NCBI GenBank assembly: GCA_041192345.1
Contig: JBEEND010000001.1
Span: 87,068-151,067, forward strand
DNA length: 64,000 nt
From: Actinomycetota bacterium
GTDB lineage: Bacteria; Actinomycetota; Actinomycetes; S36-B12; UBA5976
Reading direction: 5' to 3'
The translations under genes and the position numbers were made by a program. The stretch's first letter is position 1. Every line of letters begins with the position of its first letter. Below the pieces are notes generated by a model. It did not search any database. It saw only the letters and a list, made by a program, of their open reading frames with translations, and was not told the DNA's origin. Shown here piece by piece: positions 19,497 to 28,620 of the stretch.

Positions 19497-20645
19497 TTAC
19501 TCCTCGAGCACACTTGCCATGCGGATAACAGCTTCTTTGATGATTTCTTTGCTGGTTGCCAGATTAAAGCGAACAAAGTCTTTGCCGACCCCACCAAAGT
19601 CAGTGCCATTACTCAAGGCAACTCTGCCTTTATCTAGAAGCAAAGTTGCAACATTTTCCTGACCGTATGCACTCAAATCAATCCAGGCTAGGTATGTGCT
19701 ATTAGGAACTGTGTACTTTGCTTTTGGTAAGTGCTTCTTAAGCAACTTAGCCAGGTAATGACGGTTGTCATCAATATTTTTAAGAACTGCTCTTAGCCAT
19801 GATTCACCTTGGTTATACGCAGCAATACTTGCCCACACCCCAAGTAACGAAGTACGCCACGGTGAAGCTATCGGTAACTGTAATAAGCGATCATTGATTG
19901 AAGAATTATCCGCAACTATTTGCGCACATTTCAATCCAGCAAGATTCCATGCCTTACTTGCCGAGGTAATGCAAAGTCCAGTCTCGCGCGCAGTATCGCT
20001 GACATTTAGATAAGGAATGAATTTGGCTTTGGAGAAAATTAATGGAGCATGGATTTCATCACTAATGACCAACACATTATATTTCTTAGCGAGCTCAGCA
20101 ATCTTTTCTAGTTCGTCCAAAGTGAAGATATGACCTACTGGATTATGTGGATGGCACAGAATGTAAGCCTTTGCCCCAGCGGCAAAAGCATCTTCTAGTG
20201 CAGTTAGATCCAGCGCCCATTCATCGCCCATGCGCGCAAGCGGAACATCAACTACTTCACACTTTGCTTCCTTGATCCAAGTAAAAAAGTTTAAGTAGAC
20301 GGGTGAATTAACTACAACTTTGTCACCAGGTTCGGTCCATAGCCGTAACACTTCCACCCCAGCAACGCCAACGTCAGTAGCCAAGTAAAACTGATCTTTG
20401 TTTACAGTCCAGTCCCAATTGCGTTTTGCATAGTTTGCAAAAGCTTGCGGAAGTTCCGGTGCAATTCCGGAGTATCCAGTATCGCTGCGCTTGATCATGT
20501 CGATTAATACATCGCGAATCGGTTTTGCAATTGGGAAATCCATTTCGGCAACCGGCAGCGGCAAAACATCATCTGGAAAAGTTCGCCACTTCGCACTGGT
20601 GCGCTTACGTAAAACCTCTAAGGAATCTGCAGAAACTCTAACCAT
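19497..20645 (-). CDS. PLP-dependent aminotransferase class I/II, MalY/PatB-type C-S lyase
   Basis: N-terminus SAKWRTFPDDVLPLPVAEMDF and the PLP-lysine context SASKAWNLAGLK are characteristic of MalY/PatB. Confidence 0.8.
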   Translation of the reverse strand: MVRVSADSLEVLRKRTSAKWRTFPDDVLPLPVAEMDFPIAKPIRDVLIDMIKRSDTGYSGIAPELPQAFANYAKRNWDWTVNKDQFYLATDVGVAGVEVLRLWTEPGDKVVVNSPVYLNFFTWIKEAKCEVVDVPLARMGDEWALDLTALEDAFAAGAKAYILCHPHNPVGHIFTLDELEKIAELAKKYNVLVISDEIHAPLIFSKAKFIPYLNVSDTARETGLCITSASKAWNLAGLKCAQIVADNSSINDRLLQLPIASPWRTSLLGVWASIAAYNQGESWLRAVLKNIDDNRHYLAKLLKKHLPKAKYTVPNSTYLAWIDLSAYGQENVATLLLDKGRVALSNGTDFGGVGKDFVRFNLATSKEIIKEAVIRMASVLEE

Positions 20646-20664
20646 GTTTACAGGCTAGCAATGC

Positions 20665-21708
20665 TTATGGCTTGATTATGGTGATACCCGGCAATGGGCT
20701 GGAGCCCAGGCCAGCAAGCGCATCGGGCACTTGTTCCAAAGTAATTGTGCGTTCCACCAAAGTGTCAGGACGTAATGTGCCATCGGCAATTTCACGGAGC
20801 ATCTGTGGATAGTGCGCAGCTGACATTCCATGACTTCCCATAACTGTTAATTCACGGCTAATCACAGTGTGCATCGGAATCGTTGCCTGATCTTTGACTT
20901 CGGCGGGTGGCAATAAACCAACTTGCACGTGTCGACCTAGTCGACGTAAAGATTCAATAGCCAATTTGCTAGTGGCAATACTGCCAAGAGCGTCGATAGT
21001 TAAATCTGCGCCAGCTGGATTGAGTTTCTTAAGTTCTTTGACAACATCATCGTGAATGGAATCTAAGACATAATCAGCGCCAGCTAAGCGGGCCCGATCT
21101 CGCGCAGGATTAGAAGTATCTATTCCAACAACTGTGGCGCCGCGTGACTTTGCAATCATTACGGCAGCAAGACCCACGCCACCACAGCCAAAGACTGCGA
21201 CGAGCTCACCAGCATGAACTTTTCCGACGTGCACAACGGCGCGATACGAAGTGGCAAAGCGACAACCTAACGCTGCTGCCGTTTCAAACGTCATGGAATC
21301 TGGAAGCGCTACGACATTAAAATCCGCATGCGGGATGCGAACGTACTCAGCAAAAGATCCTGGTCCGTCAAATCCTGGTTGCCATTGAAATAAGCAAACT
21401 TGTGCATTACCCGCTTTGCAATCGATGCAATCACCACAGCCGCAAACAAATGGCACAGTCACACGATCGCCAATTTTCCAATTCTTAACATCTGAGCCAA
21501 TTTCGGAAATGATGCCAGCGAATTCATGGCCAGGAACATGCGGAAGTTCAGTGATATCAGAATCGTGACCTTGCCAGCCATGCCAATCACTTCGACATAG
21601 CCCAGTTGCCAGAACCTGAATGACTACCCCGTGCGGGCGAGCTACTGGGACATCACGATCGGCTAGATGTAAGCATTGTCCAAAGGCATCAAATTGGGCT
21701 ACGCGCAT
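20665..21708 (-). CDS. zinc-binding alcohol dehydrogenase family protein
   Basis: GHEFAGIISEIG, Cys cluster CGCGDCIDCKAGNAQVC, and GCGGVG Rossmann motif. Confidence 0.85.
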   Translation of the reverse strand: MRVAQFDAFGQCLHLADRDVPVARPHGVVIQVLATGLCRSDWHGWQGHDSDITELPHVPGHEFAGIISEIGSDVKNWKIGDRVTVPFVCGCGDCIDCKAGNAQVCLFQWQPGFDGPGSFAEYVRIPHADFNVVALPDSMTFETAAALGCRFATSYRAVVHVGKVHAGELVAVFGCGGVGLAAVMIAKSRGATVVGIDTSNPARDRARLAGADYVLDSIHDDVVKELKKLNPAGADLTIDALGSIATSKLAIESLRRLGRHVQVGLLPPAEVKDQATIPMHTVISRELTVMGSHGMSAAHYPQMLREIADGTLRPDTLVERTITLEQVPDALAGLGSSPLPGITIIKP

Positions 21709-21788
21709 GGAATAAGGCTAATCCAGGATGAGGTCAGTAAGTTGCTAAGTTGAATCACTTTGGACTTAACGGACAATTCGCCTCTCCA

Positions 21789-21817
21789 TTGACCAAGTAG
21801 TTTGAAAATTGGATACT
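21789..21817 (+). promoter_or_regulatory. candidate sigma-70-type promoter of the tad operon
   Basis: TTGACC (21789-21794), a 17-nt spacer, then GATACT (21812-21817), about 90 nt upstream of flp. Identified by pattern match only. Confidence 0.3.
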
Positions 21818-21904
21818 TAGAGTGCAAGGTTTCCGTGGTCATCAAGTTATCCGTGGTTAAATTGCAACTAGGAGAAATTCTTCCCCAAAGAGAGGTAAAA
21901 GAAA

Positions 21905-22102
21905 ATGACGAAGTTATTTGCAAAATTCCAATCCTTCGCGAGTCAAGATCGTGGAGCAACTGCTGTCGAATATGGCTTACTCGTAGGTTTGATCGCTGTG
22001 GTAATTATTGTTGCGGTTCAACTATTGGGTGGAACGTTAAATGATACCTTTACAGGCGTTCAGAAATGCTTAGCAACCCCCAATGCAAACAACTGCTCAT
22101 AG
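21905..22102 (+). CDS. flp: Flp family type IVb pilin
   Basis: 65 aa with the Flp motif DRG/ATAVEYGLLVGLIAVVIIVAV (G-A cleavage site, E at +5, Y at +6). Two C-terminal Cys. GAGAGG RBS 9 nt upstream. Confidence 0.9.
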   Translation: MTKLFAKFQSFASQDRGATAVEYGLLVGLIAVVIIVAVQLLGGTLNDTFTGVQKCLATPNANNCS

Positions 22103-22139
22103 TACTGTCTTTTAATAAACATGCTTGACTTCATAGATC

Positions 22140-22613
22140 ATGAGGTTAAGCATGTTTAAAAAGGGTTTAAAAAGAGCAACGCTTTTGGACAACAGGGGAG
22201 CGGCGGCAGTTGAATTCGCAATAATTTTTCCATTGCTGATCCTCTTAATAGTTTTGCTGATTGATTTTGGCCGGCTTTTCTTTGTCCAAATTAGTCTAAA
22301 CGCGGCAAGCAGGGAAGCAGCTCGTTGGAGTTCGCTGTCAGTGGCTCCTTTAGACGTAGCCAATCGCACAAATGCTTCTTCACCTGGAGTTGCGGTTATG
22401 TCCTCGCTGAGTGCCTCCCAATTAGTAGTGACTTCAGTTACAACCTGTACCCCAACGCTTACCAACGAATCAACTGAGGTGACAGTAGCGATTAATTTTA
22501 AATGGATCACCCCAGGAGGACTCGTGAAGATTTTCTCACCTAATTCCACACTTGCAAACAGCGGCGGCATGCAGCTGCAAAGTAAAGGACAGATGTTATG
22601 CTCCGCTTTCTAA
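22140..22613 (+). CDS. tadE: TadE-like pseudopilin
   Basis: N-terminus NRGAAAVEFAIIFPLLILLIVLLIDFGRLFF matches the TadE family, with a prepilin-peptidase-type G/A site. The start could be MFKKG at 22152. Confidence 0.8.
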   Translation: MRLSMFKKGLKRATLLDNRGAAAVEFAIIFPLLILLIVLLIDFGRLFFVQISLNAASREAARWSSLSVAPLDVANRTNASSPGVAVMSSLSASQLVVTSVTTCTPTLTNESTEVTVAINFKWITPGGLVKIFSPNSTLANSGGMQLQSKGQMLCSAF

Positions 22614-23815
22614 AACGCCGCCAATTCGCAAGATCGATATCTGATGAAGCGGGCGCCACTACTGCTATTTTCGCTATTGTTGTCCTGGTTGGGGTTATGG
22701 CAGGCACATTTGCCTTAGTTGTTGATGCTGGTCAATTGTTTCTTGAGCGCAGGGTTGTGCAAAATGTTGCCGATGCATCTGCTGGGTACTTAACTCAGAG
22801 TTGCGCCACGGGGGGAATTTGCGCACCAACGATTCCAAGTTCCTATACCGAAAATAATTCACCTGATTCGAATACTGAAATTATTGAAATTTGTGGAACC
22901 CCCGAAGGCTTTGATCCGTGCACAGATTTAGTCGGTGACATTAGAGATTGCCTCACACCAACAACTGCTTTGGCTGATTCGAATTTCGTCAGGGTACGTT
23001 CGCAAACGCTAACGATTTCTAATAAATCCGCACTGTCACCAACATTTGCTCGATTATTTGGAGCAAGTTCGGATGATGGAAATTGGACTATACGTGGATG
23101 CTCGCAAGGGATTTGGGGTGGACCTTCATCAATGAAGGTAACTACGCCACTTGCCATATCTATTTGCAATTGGGAACCACCGACGAGCTCTTCCGTAGGC
23201 ACACCCAAAGTGGTTCTACCATGGTCTCTGAGTGCGAGTGGCCCGTGCTCAATAGTGGATTTGAATGGGAAACTTTTCAGCAAAGCTGGAACTCATAAAG
23301 GTGTGGCACCAGTTAGCATTCCAGGTATGGATCTCAATTGCATAGAGGGAACCACTTTAAGCGTCGGAGAAAAAATTATATATGCAAATGGTGCCAGCGC
23401 GCCAAAACTATTGTGTGACGGTATTGGCCGAAAGCTTAAATCGCTTATCACCGCGGCAGAGCCAATCTACATACCTATTTACGGTGCTTCTGAAAATGTG
23501 AATGGTAATTTAGAACTCACAGTGATTTCATTTGTGCGATTCAAGTTAACTGCGTATACCGTTAACCCACCACTCTCAACTGGATGCAAAAGCAGCAACA
23601 ACTGTGACGTAAATTGGGATTCTGAGAATCCTATTTTTGACCCTGCAGATCCTCTTTATGGTGGCACGACCTGGGTTGACGCGGACGCGGCATGTAATGG
23701 TAAGGATTTATGCGTGGCGGGTGAGTTCCTAGAGGGTACACCACCTTCAGGTAATATTTCGGGAGGCTCAGACGCTCCATCACTTGGCCCTCTTGCCTTT
23801 AATTTGATTCCTTAG
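22598..23815 (+). CDS. TadG/TadE-G-like pilus assembly protein with large Cys-rich C-terminal domain
   Basis: N-terminus EAGATTAIFAIVVLVGVMAGTFALVVDAGQLFLERRVVQNVADASA matches the Flp-pilus TadE/G-like N-terminal domain. The following roughly 330 aa contain 14 Cys. Confidence 0.65.
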   Translation: MLRFLKRRQFARSISDEAGATTAIFAIVVLVGVMAGTFALVVDAGQLFLERRVVQNVADASAGYLTQSCATGGICAPTIPSSYTENNSPDSNTEIIEICGTPEGFDPCTDLVGDIRDCLTPTTALADSNFVRVRSQTLTISNKSALSPTFARLFGASSDDGNWTIRGCSQGIWGGPSSMKVTTPLAISICNWEPPTSSSVGTPKVVLPWSLSASGPCSIVDLNGKLFSKAGTHKGVAPVSIPGMDLNCIEGTTLSVGEKIIYANGASAPKLLCDGIGRKLKSLITAAEPIYIPIYGASENVNGNLELTVISFVRFKLTAYTVNPPLSTGCKSSNNCDVNWDSENPIFDPADPLYGGTTWVDADAACNGKDLCVAGEFLEGTPPSGNISGGSDAPSLGPLAFNLIP

Positions 23816-23825
23816 GAGGGTACAA

Positions 23826-24419
23826 ATGAAAACTACAACCAGATACTTAATCATTGCCGCAATAATTGCCAGCGTAGTTGCGGTTTTGGTATTTCGCACA
23901 AATTCAAATTTAGATGAAGTTCCGATAACAGCCCCAACGGGTGTTAGCTTACAATCCGGAACTCCGGAGCCATCACCTACAGAAATTTTGGAAGGACCGC
24001 TGTCAGTACCCTCAGGAAAAATTGCAATTTCGGTTGAGCTATCTGATCCAGCTAAAGTTGGGAGTTTCCTGCGGCCAGGTTTGTTCATTACAGTTTTTAA
24101 CACCGTGGCCGCCATTGAAACTGCTGGCGATATCCCAGCTGAAACTGCTGGCGATATTCCAGTTCGAGAAACGCGGGTGCTTCTCACGAAAGTTCAAGTA
24201 TTAGGTATAGCTGGTTACACGGCTGTGGAAGAAGTAGATGCCACAATAACCGAAACCACAATGTTCTTGGTGACATTAGCAGTTACTCAGAATGAAGCGG
24301 AGCGGCTGGTACACGCCATTCAAACTGGAACCCTCTACTTCGGATTATTAAGCGCTGACACTCAAGTCATTCCAGGCGCTGGTGTAAATGACGAAACCAT
24401 ATTCTTAGGAGTAAATTAA
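23826..24419 (+). CDS. cpaB: CpaB/RcpC family Flp pilus assembly protein
   Basis: N-terminal TM anchor (YLIIAAIIASVVAVLVF) and a C-terminal RcpC-like pattern (VLLTKVQVLGIAG...FLVTLAVTQNEAERLVHAIQTGTLYFGL). Confidence 0.7.
   Translation: MKTTTRYLIIAAIIASVVAVLVFRTNSNLDEVPITAPTGVSLQSGTPEPSPTEILEGPLSVPSGKIAISVELSDPAKVGSFLRPGLFITVFNTVAAIETAGDIPAETAGDIPVRETRVLLTKVQVLGIAGYTAVEEVDATITETTMFLVTLAVTQNEAERLVHAIQTGTLYFGLLSADTQVIPGAGVNDETIFLGVN
24117..24164 (+). repeat. 24-bp tandem duplication inside cpaB (ETAGDIPA/ETAGDIPV)
   Basis: GAAACTGCTGGCGATATCCCAGCT is followed directly by GAAACTGCTGGCGATATTCCAGTT. Two mismatches, in frame. Confidence 0.9.
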
Positions 24420-25582
24420 TGGCTCTTGTTTTTGCCAACAGCCCCGAGATCAACGAGAGATTTAGATTCACATTAGGTAAAGATACGCTTTTTGTTGAAT
24501 CAGTTGTACAACTGGATGAATTTCTATCGGCTAATCCTGATGAAGCGTTAGTAATTGTTGGTCCAGATATCGATTTGAACATAGCCATGAATTTGGCTGA
24601 GAAGTTTCGAATATCTCGACCAAGTCTTGGAATTTTACTTACGCGACGACGCGTTGACCTTTCAACTCTCAATCTTGCCATTCGATCCGGGATTCGAGAA
24701 GTTATAAACGCAGATGATTCAGCTGAAATCTTAAGTGCCGTAAAGCGATCACAAGCACTTTCGAGTAAGTTTTCTGCTTTCGTGGATTCAAGTCCAATTC
24801 AGAAATTAGGCAAGACCATTCTGGTTTTTTCTGCGAAAGGTGGCTGTGGTAAAACAACAGTTTCAACTAATCTTTCAGAAGCATTATCTGTAACCTCTGG
24901 CGGCACCGTATGTTTAGTTGATCTTGATTTACAGTTTGGCGATGTAGGAATTGCATTGCGTATTGATCCAACTAAATCTATTTCAAACGCGGTCGAAATG
25001 AAAGATGATTTAGATAAACAGGCGTTATCTTCATTGGTAATAAATTATAAACCAAATTTCGACGTTTTGCTCGCGCCACCTAATCCTGTTGATGCCGAAT
25101 ATATAACTGGTGAATTATGTCGCATAGTTTTAACAGAGTTGCGTGAAATTTATGACTTTGTAGTTATAGATTCATCGCCCGCATTCACAGATGTAATTTT
25201 AGAAGCATTTGATATTGCTGACCTTCATGTGTTAATGACGACTCTCGAGGTACCGACACTTAAAAATCTTCGCGTTTCAAGTAGCACTTTGGATGAACTT
25301 GGTCTCCCGAAAAGTAAACGAATCTACATCGTGAACCAAAGTGATTTAAACTCAGGCCTCACTGTCGATGATGTAGAACGAGCTATCGGATCGACTGTTG
25401 CAATTCAAATACCTTCGAGCGTTGCCGTTCCAACATCGGTAAATCATGGCACAACGCTCTTTGGTTCTGACCCCAAGCATCCAGTAAGTAGAGCAGTTCA
25501 GTCCTTGGCTGATTTAATACTCGATAGACCTAGCGAAATACCCGTTCGTAGGTTCCGGAATAAGCGGGGGGTCAACAAATGA
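24419..25582 (+). CDS. tadZ: TadZ/CpaE ParA/MinD-like ATPase
   Basis: Deviant Walker A VFSAKGGCGKTTVSTNL preceded by a roughly 130-aa receiver-like N-terminal domain. The start shares 1 nt with the cpaB stop (TAATG). Confidence 0.85.
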   Translation: MALVFANSPEINERFRFTLGKDTLFVESVVQLDEFLSANPDEALVIVGPDIDLNIAMNLAEKFRISRPSLGILLTRRRVDLSTLNLAIRSGIREVINADDSAEILSAVKRSQALSSKFSAFVDSSPIQKLGKTILVFSAKGGCGKTTVSTNLSEALSVTSGGTVCLVDLDLQFGDVGIALRIDPTKSISNAVEMKDDLDKQALSSLVINYKPNFDVLLAPPNPVDAEYITGELCRIVLTELREIYDFVVIDSSPAFTDVILEAFDIADLHVLMTTLEVPTLKNLRVSSSTLDELGLPKSKRIYIVNQSDLNSGLTVDDVERAIGSTVAIQIPSSVAVPTSVNHGTTLFGSDPKHPVSRAVQSLADLILDRPSEIPVRRFRNKRGVNK

Positions 25583-26934
25583 CTTTGGCGGATCGCTTAT
25601 CAAGAAACGATGCAGCTGATGCAAAACAAGTTATTGCGGCGCAAAATTTACGTCAGATTGTGCAGGATATTGCAATTAATGACGAACAAGATATTAAGCT
25701 TCGAGTCCATGAGGAGCTAATAGAAATCTTGGGGCAGCAGCTGTATGGCGACCAGGTCGATATTGAGATTCTAGAAAAGCACGTATTCGATGCGACTACT
25801 AAAGTTTTGGGTGCCATAGATCGACCACTATCTGGTTCGGATCGCGCTCGCATGACACAGGAAATTACAGATGAAATTTTAGGCCTTGGGCCACTTCAAC
25901 CACTGCTACGTGATCCGAACGTTAGTGAAATCATGGTCAACGCGTTCGATAAAATATTTGTCGAGCGTGATGGAAATATTTTTCCATCACAAATGACATT
26001 TGTTAATGAAGAACATTTACGGCGCACCATTGATCGGATCGTAAGCAGTGTTGGTAGGCGCGTCGATGAATCAAGTCCAATGGTTGATGCTCGCCTGGCT
26101 GACGGTAGCCGTGTGAATGCGGTAGTTCCACCAATTGCGCTGGACGGATCTTCGTTGACCATTCGTAAATTCAGTGAAGATGCGTTTACCAGCCGTGACT
26201 TAGTGGCTATGGAAACTATTTCGCAAAATGCTATGGACGTGTTGGCGGCTTGCGTGCAAGGTCGACTAAACATGGTTATTAGTGGCGGTACAGGTTCAGG
26301 AAAAACGACAACCTTAAACGTTTTGTCTTCGTTCATTCCAGATGACGAAAGAATTATTACGGTTGAGGATGCGGCCGAGCTTTCCCTTAGTCAACCGCAT
26401 GTCGTGAGATTGGAAACTAGACCAACAAATAGCGAAGAAAAAGGGTTAGTCACAATTCGTGACCTAGTCAAGAACTCGCTTCGGATGCGGCCGGATCGAA
26501 TTGTTGTGGGCGAAGTTCGTGATGGTGCGGCGCTAGACATGTTGCAAGCAATGAATACTGGTCACGACGGTTCTTTAACCACAGTTCACGCGAATACTAC
26601 GCGCGACGCCCTTTCCAGAATTGAAACGATGGTTTTGATGGCAGGTATGGATCTTCCAGTAAGGGCAATCCGCGAACAGATCAAGAACGCTGTTAACGTT
26701 GTGGTTCAACAGTCAAGAATGCGGGATGGCTCTCGCCGCATTACAAAAATTAGTGAGATCACGGGTTTAGAGGGTGAAACCATCGTGATGCAAGATTTAT
26801 ATTCTTTTGATTATTCTGATTCAAATTCAGGTGGTGTAATAGGAAAGTTGCTTCCTACTGGAATTATGCCTGAATTCCTTGATCGTTTAGCGCAACGAGA
26901 TGTGCATCTATCTGCGGAGTATTTCCGAAGATGA
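25579..26934 (+). CDS. tadA: TadA/CpaF secretion ATPase
   Basis: Walker A GGTGSGKTT, Walker B/Asp box RIVVGEVRD, and His box TGHDGSLTTVHAN. 4-nt overlap with tadZ. Confidence 0.9.
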   Translation: MTLADRLSRNDAADAKQVIAAQNLRQIVQDIAINDEQDIKLRVHEELIEILGQQLYGDQVDIEILEKHVFDATTKVLGAIDRPLSGSDRARMTQEITDEILGLGPLQPLLRDPNVSEIMVNAFDKIFVERDGNIFPSQMTFVNEEHLRRTIDRIVSSVGRRVDESSPMVDARLADGSRVNAVVPPIALDGSSLTIRKFSEDAFTSRDLVAMETISQNAMDVLAACVQGRLNMVISGGTGSGKTTTLNVLSSFIPDDERIITVEDAAELSLSQPHVVRLETRPTNSEEKGLVTIRDLVKNSLRMRPDRIVVGEVRDGAALDMLQAMNTGHDGSLTTVHANTTRDALSRIETMVLMAGMDLPVRAIREQIKNAVNVVVQQSRMRDGSRRITKISEITGLEGETIVMQDLYSFDYSDSNSGGVIGKLLPTGIMPEFLDRLAQRDVHLSAEYFRR

Positions 26935-28616
26935 AGCTGTGGCTTCGGGCCTTACTAACTTCGCTTGCGCTGTTTGCGAATCCAATAGGTATCACCACTG
27001 CGAATGCAGCTTTGCCAGAAACTGTCATATTGGTTCTAGATGCAAGTGGTTCAATGAAGGGCGCCAAAATTACTTCGGCAATTGAGGCAGGAAAAACTTT
27101 CTTGAGTACGGTGCCTTCCGGTATAAAAGTTGGTTTAGTGACTTTTAACTCGAATGAAGTACTGGTTATTCCACCTACTCTGGACTTCTTGGTCTTGAGT
27201 GATGCCTTGAGTGCGGTAAAACCTGATGGTGGCACCGCTCTTTATGATGGAATTATATCTGCTATTAACTCAATTGAGTCTGGAGCAACCGCGAGAATTG
27301 TAGTGATAACGGATGGTGATGACACTGACAGTAAAGCCATACCAACTGAAGTGGTTACTGCCCTAAGTAATAGCCAAGTTTCCCTCGACGTAGTAACAGT
27401 TGGTGATGCTACCGAAGAAATTGGAATCCTTACAGAATTTGTTCAGGCAGGAAACGGCAGTTTGTTGCAGAATGTCGACGCGGCACAACTAGCAGAGGTA
27501 TTTACCAAAGTTTTGGCAACGCCTACACCAGACGCAGCAACTCCTAACCCAGACGCAGCAACGCCTACACCAGACACAGCAACTCCAGAAGTGAGTGCTC
27601 CTTTAATTGTTGCGCTCACAAATTCTGAGGTAATTAAATTACTCAAGGTAGCGGCTCTCATTCTGATATTAGGGCTGCTTTTAATTGGCATTCGAATATT
27701 GAATCACAGGAGGCAAGTTCTTAAACTTGTTAAAATGCTCGATAAATATACTATGTCTTTCGTACCAACTGCAGAAGCCGTTAAAGCAAAAAAACGTACT
27801 GAATATGTACCTTCAGATCGAAACATTAAACGACCGAAACTCTTAACTTTGGGCCCTAAAAAGTCAACTCTTTTCCCGGGCATTGCCGACAAACTGGATC
27901 GTGCTGGAATTGCAATGAGTTCCGAGCTATGGATAACGTACTGGATCATCGGTGGCCTGTCTATTGCTTTTGGCTTAACAATCATTTTCAGCCCATCAGC
28001 AATTAGTGTGACCTTTTCCTTAATTGCAGTATTTTTTATCCAGAAATCTTTTTTGAAATCTCGCAACGGTGCGCGAAAGCGAGAATTTGAAGAGCGGCTG
28101 GCAGATTTCTTAACAATCATTGCAAGTGGCTTGCGAGCTGGCCTAACCTTTGCTCAAGCAATCGAATCTGCGGTTGGAGATGGATACGGCGAAGTTGAAA
28201 AACAAGTCCGTAGAGCTTTAGCCGAAGTGCAAGTTGGCTCGACGTTAGATGCAGCACTTATGAGAGTGGCCAAAAAGATGGAGAGCGACGACTTAAAATG
28301 GACAATCGCTGCCATTCGAATTCAACGTGAAGTCGGTGGGAACCTGTCTAAGATCCTCGACACTGCATCAGTCACTATCAGAAATCGCGCTGAATTGAAG
28401 CGGGAAATTCGCACTTTGTCAGCGGAGGGCAGATTGTCAGCCTATGTGTTGCTGGCACTGCCTCTGGGAATCTTTGGTTTTTTGAGCCTTAGTCGCCGAG
28501 ATTACGTGGAGATTTTTTGGACAGAAACTGTTGGGATGATAATGCTTGCGGTTTTCGGAATGCTGGTGACGGCTGGTTGGTTCTGGATTCGTTCTGTAGT
28601 GACAGTGAAGGCTTAG
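26931..28616 (+). CDS. tadB: fusion protein: signal/anchor + von Willebrand A domain + Pro/Thr linker + TM + TadB (T2SS-F) platform domain
   Basis: A single uninterrupted 561-aa ORF. MIDAS residues are present: VLVLDASGSM (DxSxS), GGTALYDG (T) and VITDGDD (D). Linker ATPTPDAATPNPDAATPTPDTATPE. TM helix AALILILGLLLIGIRIL. C-terminal half is TadB-like (FLTIIASGLRAGLTFAQAIE...IQREVGGNLSKILD). Confidence 0.8.
   Translation: MKLWLRALLTSLALFANPIGITTANAALPETVILVLDASGSMKGAKITSAIEAGKTFLSTVPSGIKVGLVTFNSNEVLVIPPTLDFLVLSDALSAVKPDGGTALYDGIISAINSIESGATARIVVITDGDDTDSKAIPTEVVTALSNSQVSLDVVTVGDATEEIGILTEFVQAGNGSLLQNVDAAQLAEVFTKVLATPTPDAATPNPDAATPTPDTATPEVSAPLIVALTNSEVIKLLKVAALILILGLLLIGIRILNHRRQVLKLVKMLDKYTMSFVPTAEAVKAKKRTEYVPSDRNIKRPKLLTLGPKKSTLFPGIADKLDRAGIAMSSELWITYWIIGGLSIAFGLTIIFSPSAISVTFSLIAVFFIQKSFLKSRNGARKREFEERLADFLTIIASGLRAGLTFAQAIESAVGDGYGEVEKQVRRALAEVQVGSTLDAALMRVAKKMESDDLKWTIAAIRIQREVGGNLSKILDTASVTIRNRAELKREIRTLSAEGRLSAYVLLALPLGIFGFLSLSRRDYVEIFWTETVGMIMLAVFGMLVTAGWFWIRSVVTVKA
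27516..27590 (+). repeat. 21-bp (heptapeptide ATP[TN]PDA) tandem repeat, about 3.5 copies, in the VWA-TadB linker
   Basis: Units at 27516-27536, 27537-27557 and 27558-27578, plus a partial unit. In frame with few mismatches. Confidence 0.85.
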
Positions 28617-28620
28617 ATAA

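Noticed and set aside
22112-22570. 152-aa minus-strand ORF opposite tadE
   Set aside because: The plus-strand frame has the diagnostic TadE N-terminal motif and fits the operon. The antisense product has no recognisable features.
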